DNA of 64,000 nucleotides from a virus (IMGVR_UViG_3300022666_000353:1-64000), one strand, 5' to 3'; counted from the first letter of the stretch, positions 1-10,192 are shown. Program-made: numbers and translations. Notes: generated by a model not told the origin, from the letters alone.

Positions 1-966
1 ATGAAGCTGTCTGAAGCGTTACAAGGATACGTTATCGCGTCGTTGGCTGACGGTCTGTCTTCACTCACCGTCAACGGTTACCGTGCTTCCCTGGTAAAAC
101 TCATCGAATATTTGGGGGACAAAGAAGTCGCACAGGTTACAACTGACGACCTGCGGTCTTTTATGAACTACCTATCCAACGGGTACGTTCCCAAACGAAT
201 CAACAATGAAAACAATAAAGACCCTCTGTCCTCCAGCAGTCACCACAGGTACTGGAAATCCGTACGTTCGTTCTTTAAATGGGCCGAGAAGGACCTGGAT
301 TGTGGCAGACCCGACAAAGTAATCAAGATGCCGAGCTGGCAAAACGAAGAGGTTATTCCCCTATCGGAAGAAGACATTCGAAAACTGTTATCGGCGTGTG
401 AATACGCGGATGTGCCTGCATCCGAGAACAGAAAAGCGTATCGGTTCAGGAAACCTAACGCGTTAAGAGACCGCGCCATTATCCTGTTGTTGCTGGATAC
501 TGGTGTGCGGGCGGGTGAACTCAGTCGCCTGCGTGTGTCTGACGCCAACCTGGAGAACGGCGAAGTTTACGTGCGTGCCTGGCATGTACGTAAAACAAAA
601 GCTCGTACCACATTCCTGGGACGAGCTGCTAAGAAAGCACTGTGGCGTTATTTGGTTGAACGCGGAAAGCTGCGTCCTGATGACTTGTTATTCGTAACAC
701 AGACCAACCAACCAATGAATAGAGCAAGGTTGTTGTCTATGGTATCCGACCTGGGCGACCGTGTTGGTATAGATAAAGTCCATCCGCACCGTTTCCGCCA
801 CACGTTTGCAGTGCAGTACCTGAGAAACGGTGGAGACATCTTCACACTGAAGCGACTTCTTGGTCACAGCAGTATGGAGATGGTGAACCATTATCTGGGT
901 CTTGTTCAGGAGGACATTCAGGCGGCACATCAGGCAGCAAGTCCTGTGGACCGGTGGCGTCTTTAA
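1..966 (+). CDS. int: Tyrosine recombinase/integrase (XerC/D-like)
   Basis: Catalytic set visible: DTGVRAGE (R), HPHRFRH (HxxR), LLGHSS (H), C-terminal HY; N-terminal core-binding domain. Confidence 0.95.
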   Translation: MKLSEALQGYVIASLADGLSSLTVNGYRASLVKLIEYLGDKEVAQVTTDDLRSFMNYLSNGYVPKRINNENNKDPLSSSSHHRYWKSVRSFFKWAEKDLDCGRPDKVIKMPSWQNEEVIPLSEEDIRKLLSACEYADVPASENRKAYRFRKPNALRDRAIILLLLDTGVRAGELSRLRVSDANLENGEVYVRAWHVRKTKARTTFLGRAAKKALWRYLVERGKLRPDDLLFVTQTNQPMNRARLLSMVSDLGDRVGIDKVHPHRFRHTFAVQYLRNGGDIFTLKRLLGHSSMEMVNHYLGLVQEDIQAAHQAASPVDRWRL

Positions 967-1078
967 TTTTATCAAGTCGTGCGCTCGTTAAAATTATATT
1001 GGATGCAATAACACGTACAACGTGCGGTTTGAACACGTCTGTGTCTTGGTGGGGGTGTTCTGTTTCTTGGGTCATGCT

Positions 1079-1112
1079 AAAAAAGAGGAGGGCGCTTGAG
1101 ACGCCCTCCTCA
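1079..1112. terminator. Intrinsic terminator between convergent int and annealase genes
   Basis: GAGGAGGGCG-cttgaga-CGCCCTCCTC hairpin preceded by an A-run (U-tract on minus strand). Confidence 0.75.
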
Positions 1113-1126
1113 TCTCTCCTCTTACC

Positions 1127-2122
1127 TTACTGTTTTTTTGATTTCTTCGAAGCACTCACTCGTTTCAGATAGTCGTCGTACAGAATTTTTGCTCCGGTTT
1201 GTAGAGCTACTCGTTCCGGCGTACTGGCATCGAAGTTGTCACCGCTCTTTCTTGGGTGTGCACCCGATAGGTACCCGATGATTTTGTTCTCTCCCCGCTC
1301 CCCCCACAAGGCGTCTTCGGATACCTCTTTCAAAGTTTTGCCCAGCAGTGTAGCCGGGAGTTCGACAAGGTCCGTGGGAACGACCAGTGTTAGCGCCCCT
1401 TGTACATCTGTTGGGACGGCTACTGCTTCCGGCGTGTGTATGGGCACGGCAGGAGCGTCTTTCTTTGACACGGGTGCTTGCGGCTCCTCTTTCTGCGGAA
1501 CGACTGCGGAGTCTGATTTACTCGCAGGTTCTTTCTTTTCCTCACGCACCAGCTCTTCCTCGGCAACTGTTTCGGGTGCTTTCGATTTCGCCTTTTGTTT
1601 CTCGTACTTTTCAGCAGCGTTGTTGTGGTCAACAATGCCCTTGTACACCTGGATTTGCCAGCATAGTTTTGCAAAGGCCGCGCTGATGGCGTTGGTCAGG
1701 GCCCCGCGTAGGGCGTAGTCAGGTTCTTCGTTGTCAGACCCACCGTTGGCCGACACAGCCATTGACAGTTTCTGGTTTCCTTCCTCGTCAATGTACGCGT
1801 AGCGCAGGGTAAGAAACGGGATGGATGCCACATAAGAGGTGTACTCCCTGCCCGAGCGACTCTTACGTGGTTCGGCATGAACCGTGGTTTTGTTCGGGTC
1901 GTAGTCATAGACCCATCCGATGCCGACCAGCCCGAACACCTTGGTTGCTACGTCGGTCAGGTACGCCGAGTTAATGTCTGTTAATCCGACGCTTGAGCCG
2001 GTGATTTCTTTATAGGCTCTGGGAGGCAGAACAGCCGCCAGGCGCTCAACTGCTTCCGTCAGCGTCAGTCCAGTCAACGTCCGGTAACGGTCCATATAAT
2101 TAACTGTTATACCGTCGGTCAT
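1127..2122 (-). CDS. Rad52/22-like ssDNA annealing protein with low-complexity linker
   Basis: LTDINSAY...KVFGLVGIGW and GG...ALRGALTNAISAAF...VYKG resemble Rad52/Sak motifs; SD AAGGAG. Confidence 0.65.
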   Translation of the reverse strand: MTDGITVNYMDRYRTLTGLTLTEAVERLAAVLPPRAYKEITGSSVGLTDINSAYLTDVATKVFGLVGIGWVYDYDPNKTTVHAEPRKSRSGREYTSYVASIPFLTLRYAYIDEEGNQKLSMAVSANGGSDNEEPDYALRGALTNAISAAFAKLCWQIQVYKGIVDHNNAAEKYEKQKAKSKAPETVAEEELVREEKKEPASKSDSAVVPQKEEPQAPVSKKDAPAVPIHTPEAVAVPTDVQGALTLVVPTDLVELPATLLGKTLKEVSEDALWGERGENKIIGYLSGAHPRKSGDNFDASTPERVALQTGAKILYDDYLKRVSASKKSKKQ

Positions 2123-2160
2123 AATATCTCCTTTTGTTCTATATTAGTTATTCGTATATT

Positions 2161-2189
2161 ATTATAGCGCAGTAACTACTAACTGTCAA
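2161..2189 (-). promoter_or_regulatory. sigma70-type promoter
   Basis: TTGACA-17-TATAAT on minus strand. Confidence 0.85.
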
Positions 2190-3183
2190 GCGCGAATTTA
2201 TTACGAATGGGTAACCGAGAGAACAAGTCATCCACAATCTCTTTAGGAAGGTTGTTCGTGTCTGGTACGAACGGTACTATCTCAGGCTTCCCCATATATT
2301 CCTCTCCGGTGGTCGAGTCTACGTGTTTGCGTACCAGCTCAACCAACAAAACGCCGGCGTCTCGGTCCCACGAATAGTTTACCTCAGCCCGCATAAGCAC
2401 GTCGTATCGTACGAAATCTAGTGCGTCACGGGCACGCTCGTGATTGGCCACCTCTGTGACCAGGTCTGCTAGAACGGGCTTCACGGCTTCTCTAAATTCA
2501 CGCATGGCCTCTGGGCTGTCTCCAGCGATTTCAGCTAAACGTCTCAATTCTGGAACAGCGTCAGGGGACACACGCCGTGCTACCTGAATAGCCACATTAG
2601 GGTTAATATCCTTAAGTTGTCCGCCTTCCCAAGAAGCTACTGCGTTCAACGTCTCTCGCATGGCGTATGGTTTTGCCAGGGTCAGGGAAAACGTCTCGTC
2701 CAAGGAGAACCCAATGGATTGCATCTTTTCAATCGTTCCCATTCGCATGAAAACCAAGGACCGCGCTACGTGGGCCTCTTCACAAAACCAACCAATGAAC
2801 TCTTCCTGTCTGGCAAACGGCGAACCTGTTAATGGGTTAATCAACGTCATATAAAGAGGGACATTATCAGGCGTGCGCTGACGCACCAGGCGGTAAAGAC
2901 GGAATATTCCACGCTCACGAAGAACCCGCGCCAGGTTGATGTCCCGGCTTACAGCACGCAGTGTTTCCTCTGGGTTATCCCCAACAATCGGCAGGGACGA
3001 CGAGAACATGTCAGACACAACGGAAATTAGTTTTAGCAACATCCCGCGTAACTCGTCTGGGACGGCTGCGTCTGACGACATCAGGTAATTAACCAGTGGG
3101 ATAACCCCGGTCTCCTGGGCGATGAGCGCGATTTCTTCCTCCGCGCTTTCTGTAAAATGTACCGATATTTGTTGAATGTTCAT
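2179..3183 (-). CDS. Hypothetical protein
   Basis: 334-aa ORF with SD AAGGAG, tiles the operon. Confidence 0.85.
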   Translation of the reverse strand: MNIQQISVHFTESAEEEIALIAQETGVIPLVNYLMSSDAAVPDELRGMLLKLISVVSDMFSSSLPIVGDNPEETLRAVSRDINLARVLRERGIFRLYRLVRQRTPDNVPLYMTLINPLTGSPFARQEEFIGWFCEEAHVARSLVFMRMGTIEKMQSIGFSLDETFSLTLAKPYAMRETLNAVASWEGGQLKDINPNVAIQVARRVSPDAVPELRRLAEIAGDSPEAMREFREAVKPVLADLVTEVANHERARDALDFVRYDVLMRAEVNYSWDRDAGVLLVELVRKHVDSTTGEEYMGKPEIVPFVPDTNNLPKEIVDDLFSRLPIRNKFALDS

Positions 3184-3246
3184 GGGTCTCCTTAAAACGA
3201 CAGGCCCACATTTTGTGGGCCTGCGTACTCGTGTTGTTGTGTGTTA

Positions 3247-3528
3247 CTACTTTTCTTCCGGCATAACTCGTATCAGATATAACGTCGCGCTGCCGTCTTC
3301 TTTCTTCACGACGCGTGTTCGTACTACCACGGCGCGTTCTTGCAAGTTTGCCTGGTCACGTACTGCGTTACTTGCTCTCCGCGCCTCTGTGTGAGAGTCA
3401 AAGTCAATAATGATGTGGCGTCCAGGTTTAAGAGCCAATACAGCGTCCACCAATTCTTGCCATTTCGGGGGTCTACGGTCCCAACCAGGTACCGCGTCCT
3501 CCCCCTCACCAACGATTTTGTAGGGCAT
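3247..3528 (-). CDS. Hypothetical small protein (possible DNA-binding)
   Basis: SD AGGAG before MPYKIV. Confidence 0.7.
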   Translation of the reverse strand: MPYKIVGEGEDAVPGWDRRPPKWQELVDAVLALKPGRHIIIDFDSHTEARRASNAVRDQANLQERAVVVRTRVVKKEDGSATLYLIRVMPEEK

Positions 3529-3573
3529 AACATTTCTCCTCAGAATCGGCCCGTATGTCATTATCTATGCCCT

Positions 3574-3602
3574 AGTATACAATGTTATTAAGGTGCTGTC
3601 AA
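3574..3602 (-). promoter_or_regulatory. sigma70-type promoter
   Basis: TTGACA-17-TATACT. Confidence 0.7.
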
Positions 3603-3648
3603 TGCAATTATTATAAGGTGTGCAATAAATGTGACAGTAGTGGCTACT

Positions 3649-4653
3649 TTAGTCCATCATGTCCAGTGTGGCCTCCCCATAGAACGCTCCTGAAGAGTCG
3701 TCAAGAGGTTGTCGAACCGTCAAATTTCCGGCGTCGCGGCTCAGTTCGATTTTAATTTTCATGGCACCGTCGTTGTTGTATTCTGCGCGAAACACGGTGT
3801 TGGCTTCCTGTGCCGCCTTGGACCCGCCTGCGGCAACCAGTTTCCCTCCGTTCTGTTTAACATCACGTAGTGATGTTAAGGACACCTGAGAAACAAGGAA
3901 GTTTGCAATACCGTACTGTGCCACAAAACTAGAGATTACACGAACCGCGTGGAGTTGTAGTTTATACTCATCCGTTTCGTCCGCGATGTACTGCTGAACG
4001 TGGTCCTCCACCATAATTTTCACGCCCAGGTTTTCTACCAATCGTCTCCACCTGGAGTGCTGCCCGTCAGGACCCGACACAGCGGCGTATCGTAAGTCAC
4101 GTGTGTTCCCCTGGTCAAGGCGTGCACCGTGTATCAGGATAGGCCAGTTATTGAAGTTGGATGTTTCGTCAATTGCATAGTTAATGGCCTCTTGTTGTAC
4201 AGGGGTACGTGTTCTGTACCGCATAAATTTATGCGACAAGTCCAGGTGACGGCACTTCTCTGTACCACACTCCGGGCAGAACGCATCCGCCCTGTGACCC
4301 TGACGCAGTATATAACGGGTGGCGATGTTAGCCAGGATAGTGTCGCGTAATTTCTTGACGGGCATCCCTGACTCCAACATGTCAACATTAACCACCGGTT
4401 TCGTTTTCACGTTGGGGTTCATCATAATGTTGATGATTATGTTTATCCAGAGCGTGGTCTTGCGTTTCTTTTCCTCACCCTGGATAACAATTAACTCTCC
4501 ACTTGGGTCCAGACCATATAGCTCCTGGTCAATGTACTTGATACCGTAAGGGATAAGGTTCTCCCTGTTTTTTACCGGGTCGCCCCAGTCTGTAACACAC
4601 TGGGCAACTAATGCAGACAGCCTCGGGTCGTAAAAGTCGGGTTCTTCTACCAT
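3649..4653 (-). CDS. DnaB/SF4-like helicase, RecA-fold (degenerate Walker A)
   Basis: PYGIKYIDQELYGLDPSGELIVIQGEEKKRKTT, LESGM, VEDHVQ, VSQV, GGSKAAQEA, LSRD; CxxC insert. Confidence 0.7.
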   Translation of the reverse strand: MVEEPDFYDPRLSALVAQCVTDWGDPVKNRENLIPYGIKYIDQELYGLDPSGELIVIQGEEKKRKTTLWINIIINIMMNPNVKTKPVVNVDMLESGMPVKKLRDTILANIATRYILRQGHRADAFCPECGTEKCRHLDLSHKFMRYRTRTPVQQEAINYAIDETSNFNNWPILIHGARLDQGNTRDLRYAAVSGPDGQHSRWRRLVENLGVKIMVEDHVQQYIADETDEYKLQLHAVRVISSFVAQYGIANFLVSQVSLTSLRDVKQNGGKLVAAGGSKAAQEANTVFRAEYNNDGAMKIKIELSRDAGNLTVRQPLDDSSGAFYGEATLDMMD

Positions 4654-4676
4654 GCTCCTCCTAAAACCAGTATATA

Positions 4677-4705
4677 ATTATAGCATATAAACTGTTTTAT
4701 GACAA
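4677..4705 (-). promoter_or_regulatory. sigma70-type promoter with extended -10
   Basis: TTGTCA-17-(TGc)TATAAT. Confidence 0.75.
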
Positions 4706-4709
4706 CTGT

Positions 4710-5816
4710 TTAGTTACCGGGTTTTATCAACTCTGTGTTGAATGTTCCATGTAATAACAGGTTGCGTGTTTCTACCAGTTCTTGCCCGGTAATCTTTCCT
4801 GACTTCTCGATGTGTACGAGGATTTTCAGACGCAGTTCCATAGTCCGGTAATCCACACTCTTTCGGTTCCCTTTTGACGCGTTACAGGTGTTACATAAGG
4901 GTTGAACGTTTCTAAGGGTAAGACCGTCTATTAGATTGTTAGCACCGCTGTACACATGGTCAGCCGTAGCTTTTCCTTGTAAAGTGCTGTCAAACGGTTT
5001 TCCGCAGGACGGACACTTATGTTCTGTTTCGTCAAGTAAAAAGTTCCAGTCTGATTTAGACAAGTCGTTCCTGTATGGACGGTACTTATCCCTTCTTTTG
5101 TGACCATCTATAACGCCTTTTGTCCTGTAGGTCTGGGGGTTAGCTGCATACCTTCTTGCAAATAACTCCCGCCTCCTCCGCCGGGAGGTGGCTACATCCG
5201 CATGGTAGATTTTTATACTTCTTGTATTGCGGCAGTCTGAGCACTCCGCTCTGGTATTAGTACGCATACCCGAACTTGAATGGATTGGAAAACTAATCAA
5301 AGGTTTTATTTCCCCGCACACAGAACACTTCTTGTAATTGCTGGAACACACTCTGCATATAGGGTTGTTTCCATAAAACTCTGACAAGGCTTTCATGTTC
5401 CCACACACAAGGCACGTCCTTTCCGTTTCTTGTACCCCGTAGGTCTCCGCCTTAACGCATGAGTAACAGGCAGGGTCCACGTATCGCACTCCATTACGAG
5501 AAGTTTTTGATAGTGGGAACTCCGCACGAAGTTTTGCCCTCCCGCACCGACTGCAAACTTTATGTGTACTGGCGCACGTTCTGCACACAGGTTTAAGTTT
5601 ATCCGTTGATTTTGCGTCGTGGTCAAACCGGTAGTACGGAAGGTCTTCCCCACAAACTAAACATATTTTAATAGTGGGGGGTATCTTATATCTCGAATAC
5701 TGTCTGCAAGACCGGCAGTAGCTTGTCTTATCTCTTGGGTTTCGCTTGTTAGTTTTGTAGAACTGAAGAATGTCTTTCTCTTCGTGGCAGATGGGACAGA
5801 TTTTTGTTTCGTCCAT
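4710..5816 (-). CDS. HNH endonuclease with five tandem N-terminal Cys4 zinc-finger repeats
   Basis: Five KxCxxC...F...CxxC units; C-terminal CPSC...ADHV...NVQPLCNTCNASKG. Confidence 0.85.
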   Translation of the reverse strand: MDETKICPICHEEKDILQFYKTNKRNPRDKTSYCRSCRQYSRYKIPPTIKICLVCGEDLPYYRFDHDAKSTDKLKPVCRTCASTHKVCSRCGRAKLRAEFPLSKTSRNGVRYVDPACYSCVKAETYGVQETERTCLVCGNMKALSEFYGNNPICRVCSSNYKKCSVCGEIKPLISFPIHSSSGMRTNTRAECSDCRNTRSIKIYHADVATSRRRRRELFARRYAANPQTYRTKGVIDGHKRRDKYRPYRNDLSKSDWNFLLDETEHKCPSCGKPFDSTLQGKATADHVYSGANNLIDGLTLRNVQPLCNTCNASKGNRKSVDYRTMELRLKILVHIEKSGKITGQELVETRNLLLHGTFNTELIKPGN

Positions 5817-5906
5817 CGTGTATCCTCCTAAAGCTGTCTGCTATCTACAAACGAATAAACGGGAACCGTACAAAACTTTTCCGTAAACTGGCGCTGCTTA
5901 GACATC

Positions 5907-7787
5907 TTATTTTTTCGACTCCGCCCACGACTGCCCGTACCCAGGGTCGGCAATCAGCTTAACGCGCATATTGAAAAACTCTCCTGCGGCGGTCATGTAT
6001 TTGGAAACCAGGGACCCGAACTCATCCTTTACTTCAGTAGGAACTTCAAACGTCAGCTCATCGTGCACCTGTGCCGTCATACGTGCACCGTACTGTGGCA
6101 TCAGTGGGTGAATTTGTAGCATTGCCCACTTGAGGATGTCGGCGGCACCACCCTGAATGACGCTATTAATGGCCTGCCGTTCCGCCCGTCCAACTTGCGC
6201 TCGTTCAGGGGCGTGTGGGTTGTTTCGCACAATACGCCGCAGCTTCAAGTCTGGCAGATGTCTTCGGCGTCCATAATAAGTGCGGACATACCCGTTCTCT
6301 TCACCGTACTCCAGTAACTTACGCTTCCACCTGGCCGCCCCTGTGTAAGACTTTTCGAATCCGTCCAGCCAGGCTTTTGTGTCTTTCTCACTTGGGCGAC
6401 GAAGCGTCTTGGTTGGGTCGTCTAACACAGCGTCTACCTGGGCGTTTTCAATTTGGTCCGCAAGTCCTTTGGGTCCTACACCGTATGCCCAGCCGAAATT
6501 AACACGCTTCGCGTCCGTACGCATAATGTCATATCCCAGCTTTTTTATCATGTCCATGGTCAGTTGGTGTGGGTCACCATTATTCTCAAATACCTGAAGG
6601 AGGTGTTCGTCACGCGTACGGTCTGCCAGAATACGCAGTTCTAGTTGGCTCTCGTCCACATCCAGGAAAGTGTATCCGGTCGGTACACCAAACAGCTCCT
6701 TGATAAGATGTCCTGTCTCGCCCTGGCTGGGAATGTTCTGTAAGTTTGGGCCGGATGAACTTAAGCGGCCAGTTACAGCACCGATTTGGTTGAACCCACC
6801 GAACAGTCTACCCATGAATAGGTCTGTCTTGAACCGTTCAATATACGTACTCAACAGTTTTTCGTAACGTTTGTGAAGCATCAACGCACGTAATGACCCG
6901 GTTGTGTCCTGGCCTAATAGTCTAGCCAGAGACAGCGCGTCTGTGGAAGGCCCGCCTGAGTCAGTAAACCTGGTGGGAGTAAACCTCAACGTTCCGTAAA
7001 TGTATGCGGCAAGTTGTTGTGACGAGTTTGGGTTAATGTTTCCAGCCAGGCGCAGGAACAACTCAAGTGCCTCGGCGTTCCGCGTCTGAAACAGCACGTC
7101 TAATTGGGCCAGCTTATCCTGGTCAATATAGAAACCGGACTCTTCCATGTCCATCAGGACGTAGGTGAACGGCATCTCTACGTCTTTGAAGTGGCTTAAC
7201 ATCCCGTCCTGCTGTAACTCGTAGCCTGTTTTCAACCACAGGTCGTAGGTGAAACGGCTGTCCCGACCGGCGTACTCTGATAATATTTCCAGGGGGATGT
7301 CATAAACGGTTGTGTCATCCTTTTTCTTTTTCAGTAGTCTTCCGTAGCGGGTGAGCAGGTCTTCAAATTGTGGCAGGTCATCGGGTAGTCCGAGCTTGGT
7401 GTGCGCCAGAGTCTTCAGTTTCAGAGTCTGGTTCTCGTCTATCAGAAACTGGCCTATCATCGTGTCGATAATATTGGCTGGACGCACCCCGTATTTACCT
7501 AGAAAGTGCAGGTCAAACATAATGTTGTGACCAATCACCTGGACAGCAGGGTTTTTGGTTAGGAGTTTAAGTGGCTCATACAGGGCCTGTTCCGCACCCA
7601 GAGTCACGTACCACTCCTGGTCTGCCGTAGCCAGGGATACACCGTGGATGGTGTCGCGTTTGAAGTCCAGACCCGTGGTTTCCAGGTCTAATGCAAACAT
7701 CTTGGCGCGGTCTAGCCTCTGTAGGATTGCCGGCACATCCTGCGGGTCCGTCACCAGACTGTAATTGTGCATAAAATTTTCTGCCAT
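5907..7787 (-). CDS. polA: DNA polymerase family A (3'-5' exonuclease plus polymerase, no 5' nuclease)
   Basis: ExoI DLETTG, ExoII HNIMFD, TGRLSSSGPNLQNIP, motif A DESQLELR, motif B KRVNFGWAYG, motif C QVHDEL. Confidence 0.95.
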   Translation of the reverse strand: MAENFMHNYSLVTDPQDVPAILQRLDRAKMFALDLETTGLDFKRDTIHGVSLATADQEWYVTLGAEQALYEPLKLLTKNPAVQVIGHNIMFDLHFLGKYGVRPANIIDTMIGQFLIDENQTLKLKTLAHTKLGLPDDLPQFEDLLTRYGRLLKKKKDDTTVYDIPLEILSEYAGRDSRFTYDLWLKTGYELQQDGMLSHFKDVEMPFTYVLMDMEESGFYIDQDKLAQLDVLFQTRNAEALELFLRLAGNINPNSSQQLAAYIYGTLRFTPTRFTDSGGPSTDALSLARLLGQDTTGSLRALMLHKRYEKLLSTYIERFKTDLFMGRLFGGFNQIGAVTGRLSSSGPNLQNIPSQGETGHLIKELFGVPTGYTFLDVDESQLELRILADRTRDEHLLQVFENNGDPHQLTMDMIKKLGYDIMRTDAKRVNFGWAYGVGPKGLADQIENAQVDAVLDDPTKTLRRPSEKDTKAWLDGFEKSYTGAARWKRKLLEYGEENGYVRTYYGRRRHLPDLKLRRIVRNNPHAPERAQVGRAERQAINSVIQGGAADILKWAMLQIHPLMPQYGARMTAQVHDELTFEVPTEVKDEFGSLVSKYMTAAGEFFNMRVKLIADPGYGQSWAESKK

Positions 7788-7815
7788 AAAACCTGCCTTA
7801 TATTTATAGCGTAAA

Positions 7816-8304
7816 CTAGGCGAAAATATCCTCACGGTCTAAAACGGCGCTGACTGTACGGCGCTCTTTATCCTTCAATTTTTCCTTATCCTGGCGGTTT
7901 GCAAGAGCCAGGGCCAGGGCTGTAAGGAAGTCCGTACTCAGGTGTCGTAGAGATTGGCGCTTCTTCCAATTAAAACGCGTGTCTGTGAACAGCACATCAA
8001 AGGCTTCGAACACCAGGTCAATGTCGTTATCCGCAGTAGACAGCAAACGTTCGGCGGTTTTAAGTTCGATGGGGTATGTGTAGTGTTTTGGTGGTACTGT
8101 AAACACTACGCGAGTCTGACGACCCGCTGATAACTGGTCAGACACCAGGCGCTCAAACCGGTGAAGTATGGCAACGGTAGGGCTGCCGATAGACGCCCGG
8201 TACCACTCCCCCTTGTACAACTGTACCTCAACCCCACATTCTGGGCAGGCACCACCTTTTCGTTTGGTCTGTTGTGTGTGACAGTTAGGACAAGTCGGCA
8301 TCAT
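7816..8304 (-). CDS. Zn-ribbon protein, possibly replication associated
   Basis: CPNC...CPEC N-terminus; SD GGAGG; next to polA. Confidence 0.7.
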   Translation of the reverse strand: MMPTCPNCHTQQTKRKGGACPECGVEVQLYKGEWYRASIGSPTVAILHRFERLVSDQLSAGRQTRVVFTVPPKHYTYPIELKTAERLLSTADNDIDLVFEAFDVLFTDTRFNWKKRQSLRHLSTDFLTALALALANRQDKEKLKDKERRTVSAVLDREDIFA

Positions 8305-8355
8305 ACCTCCGTTAAATAATCCCGGCCTGGATTATGTCCGGGCCGGATGTGTTTG

Positions 8356-8685
8356 TTAGACCAGACCTCGCGCCTTTAGACTGTCCCAGGTGGGGTCTCC
8401 TGAAAACTCCTCCCAGGTAATTTTTCCAAGTATCGCGGCGTCCAACGAAACCATGTGCTCAATGTACCTGTACAGTGCAAGACGCAGCAGGTCTGACGAC
8501 ACACGCCCCCTGGGTGGAACAGGCAGGCCGTGTACTGCTTGCGCCGCCTCTAATACCTCGGTTACTACTGGAGATGTCATCGCACGAATTGACACGGATA
8601 ACTTCTCCATAGGGTCTTTCGGAGGTCTACCACCGACGTTAATTTCGGGTGACGCTTCAAATGTTTTTTGGTTTTTCCTAGCCAT
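8356..8685 (-). CDS. Putative ribbon-helix-helix DNA-binding protein
   Basis: GGRPP...VSIR...SSDLLRLALYRYI pattern. Confidence 0.55.
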   Translation of the reverse strand: MARKNQKTFEASPEINVGGRPPKDPMEKLSVSIRAMTSPVVTEVLEAAQAVHGLPVPPRGRVSSDLLRLALYRYIEHMVSLDAAILGKITWEEFSGDPTWDSLKARGLV

Positions 8686-9351
8686 TTACTCCTCACTCAA
8701 GAACAGGTGCAGCATAGCCAACCCGTCACGCTTCAAGTTGAGTGAGAACAAAAAGCTGGCTAAACTGCGAATGTGACGTGCACGTTTCGTAGGCGGCAGT
8801 TTATACGCCATGCGCCACAGGGCGGATTGTACGCCCATTAACTCTCCTACCTCCTGTGTTTCCGTGTAACGTAGGAGATGCTGGTGCAGTGTGTTGTATT
8901 CAAGGTTTAACCTACTCGACACCTCCTGAATTTTGGTTTCTGTAAGGTCACGAAATGCACCTACGATGCGTCGATTATACTGAATGCGGTCAACCAGGAT
9001 ATTGACCGCCTCTTCTATGCTGTGGGCTTCCGAACATTCCCCGGTATTGAGGCGCTGGTTTACAGACATTCCGAACACATCCAGCGCCCACCGCTCACCC
9101 GACTTCTTTTCCTCCGTTTGTCGTGAGGAGCCTGACCACCAGTCTTCCATCGGCTGGTGTTCGAATACTGCACGTGCGTTGACCATGCGCGGTCCTCGAT
9201 GTACGGGTACGGGGTACGGTACGGGCGGGTTCAATACTGTGAATAAGTCCAACACTCCGCCGGGCCCGCCTTCACCGCCGACCAGATACAGACCGTGTTC
9301 TTTTCTCCGCCCACACTTCCTTACACTTGTGACAACAGTTCGTATCATCAC
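8686..9351 (-). CDS. Hypothetical phage protein
   Basis: 221-aa ORF with RKCGRRKEHGLYL motif; tiles operon. Confidence 0.8.
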   Translation of the reverse strand: MMIRTVVTSVRKCGRRKEHGLYLVGGEGGPGGVLDLFTVLNPPVPYPVPVHRGPRMVNARAVFEHQPMEDWWSGSSRQTEEKKSGERWALDVFGMSVNQRLNTGECSEAHSIEEAVNILVDRIQYNRRIVGAFRDLTETKIQEVSSRLNLEYNTLHQHLLRYTETQEVGELMGVQSALWRMAYKLPPTKRARHIRSLASFLFSLNLKRDGLAMLHLFLSEE

Positions 9352-9362
9352 ACACCTCTTTA

Positions 9363-9392
9363 ATTATAGCACAGAAACAGGTTAGTATTCAA
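9363..9392 (-). promoter_or_regulatory. Probable promoter
   Basis: TTGAAT-18-(TGc)TATAAT. Confidence 0.6.
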
Positions 9393-9597
9393 CCCGTTCG
9401 AACCACTCCCCCGCGACATGCCACTCGCTGTTTTTACACACATTTCTAACACGGTACACGCTGGGTTTTCCTGTTTTTGTGCTGTACTTGTAAACTTCAT
9501 AGTCACAGGACAGGTGACCGCCACAATATTCGCAGTATTCACCACGCGTACCAAGCGCCACGGCCCGGATAAACCAGTTAAATATCTTCTTCCACAT
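9382..9597 (-). CDS. Hypothetical small Cys-containing protein
   Basis: SD AAGGAGGAG before MWKKIF. Confidence 0.6.
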   Translation of the reverse strand: MWKKIFNWFIRAVALGTRGEYCEYCGGHLSCDYEVYKYSTKTGKPSVYRVRNVCKNSEWHVAGEWFERVEY

Positions 9598-10192
9598 CAG
9601 GGTACTCCTCCTTCCCTTCGTCGTCTGTATATGCCACATGCACCATCTCGACGTACCCCTGCTCAACCAACGGACGCAGATGTTCGAGCTCCTCTGGAAG
9701 GTCGTCCTCGTCGTTTTTCAACACGACCTGAACCCCAGAAAAGGGTGCGTATCCGATAACCCCCATACAAAACTCCAGTCCAAAGTTGGACAGCAGGTCA
9801 CGGTAGAACTCGGGGTTTGTTTTTGACGCCGTGGACAACGCGTAAGTAACCGTCAACATCTCCACCGGAACAAAGTCTTCTGAGTGAAGTTTTTCATTCT
9901 CCCAGAACGGGCGCGGGAGTTCCACGATGTTCTGGTAGTCCGTCTCAGAGATGTACCCGGCGTCATACAGGACGTAAGCCAGCTCCATCATGTCTTTGTC
10001 AGAGACCGTGGTACGGACGATAGCTTTGGGGTGCGCTACTAATATCTTTGATTCACCTTTTACCAGGCCGCTCGGAATGTTGGTAAGTGGTAAACGTTTC
10101 GACACACCAATAGCTCGATACTCGTCCATTACGTCGGACAAGCTGTAGTTTGATTCTCCAACACAAACCAGGATGGACACAGGGTCATTCAT
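9578..10192 (-). CDS. Hypothetical phage protein
   Basis: SD GGAGG before MNDPVS; acidic C-terminus. Confidence 0.8.
   Translation of the reverse strand: MNDPVSILVCVGESNYSLSDVMDEYRAIGVSKRLPLTNIPSGLVKGESKILVAHPKAIVRTTVSDKDMMELAYVLYDAGYISETDYQNIVELPRPFWENEKLHSEDFVPVEMLTVTYALSTASKTNPEFYRDLLSNFGLEFCMGVIGYAPFSGVQVVLKNDEDDLPEELEHLRPLVEQGYVEMVHVAYTDDEGKEEYPDVEEDI

Noticed and set aside
966-1080. attP site downstream of the integrase
   Set aside because: Plausible position, but no tRNA-identical core or arm repeats could be identified without the host sequence
4654-5906. Group I intron hosting the HNH gene
   Set aside because: polA ends with an intact C-terminus, the helicase has its own promoter and SD, and the flanks are too short for an intron core
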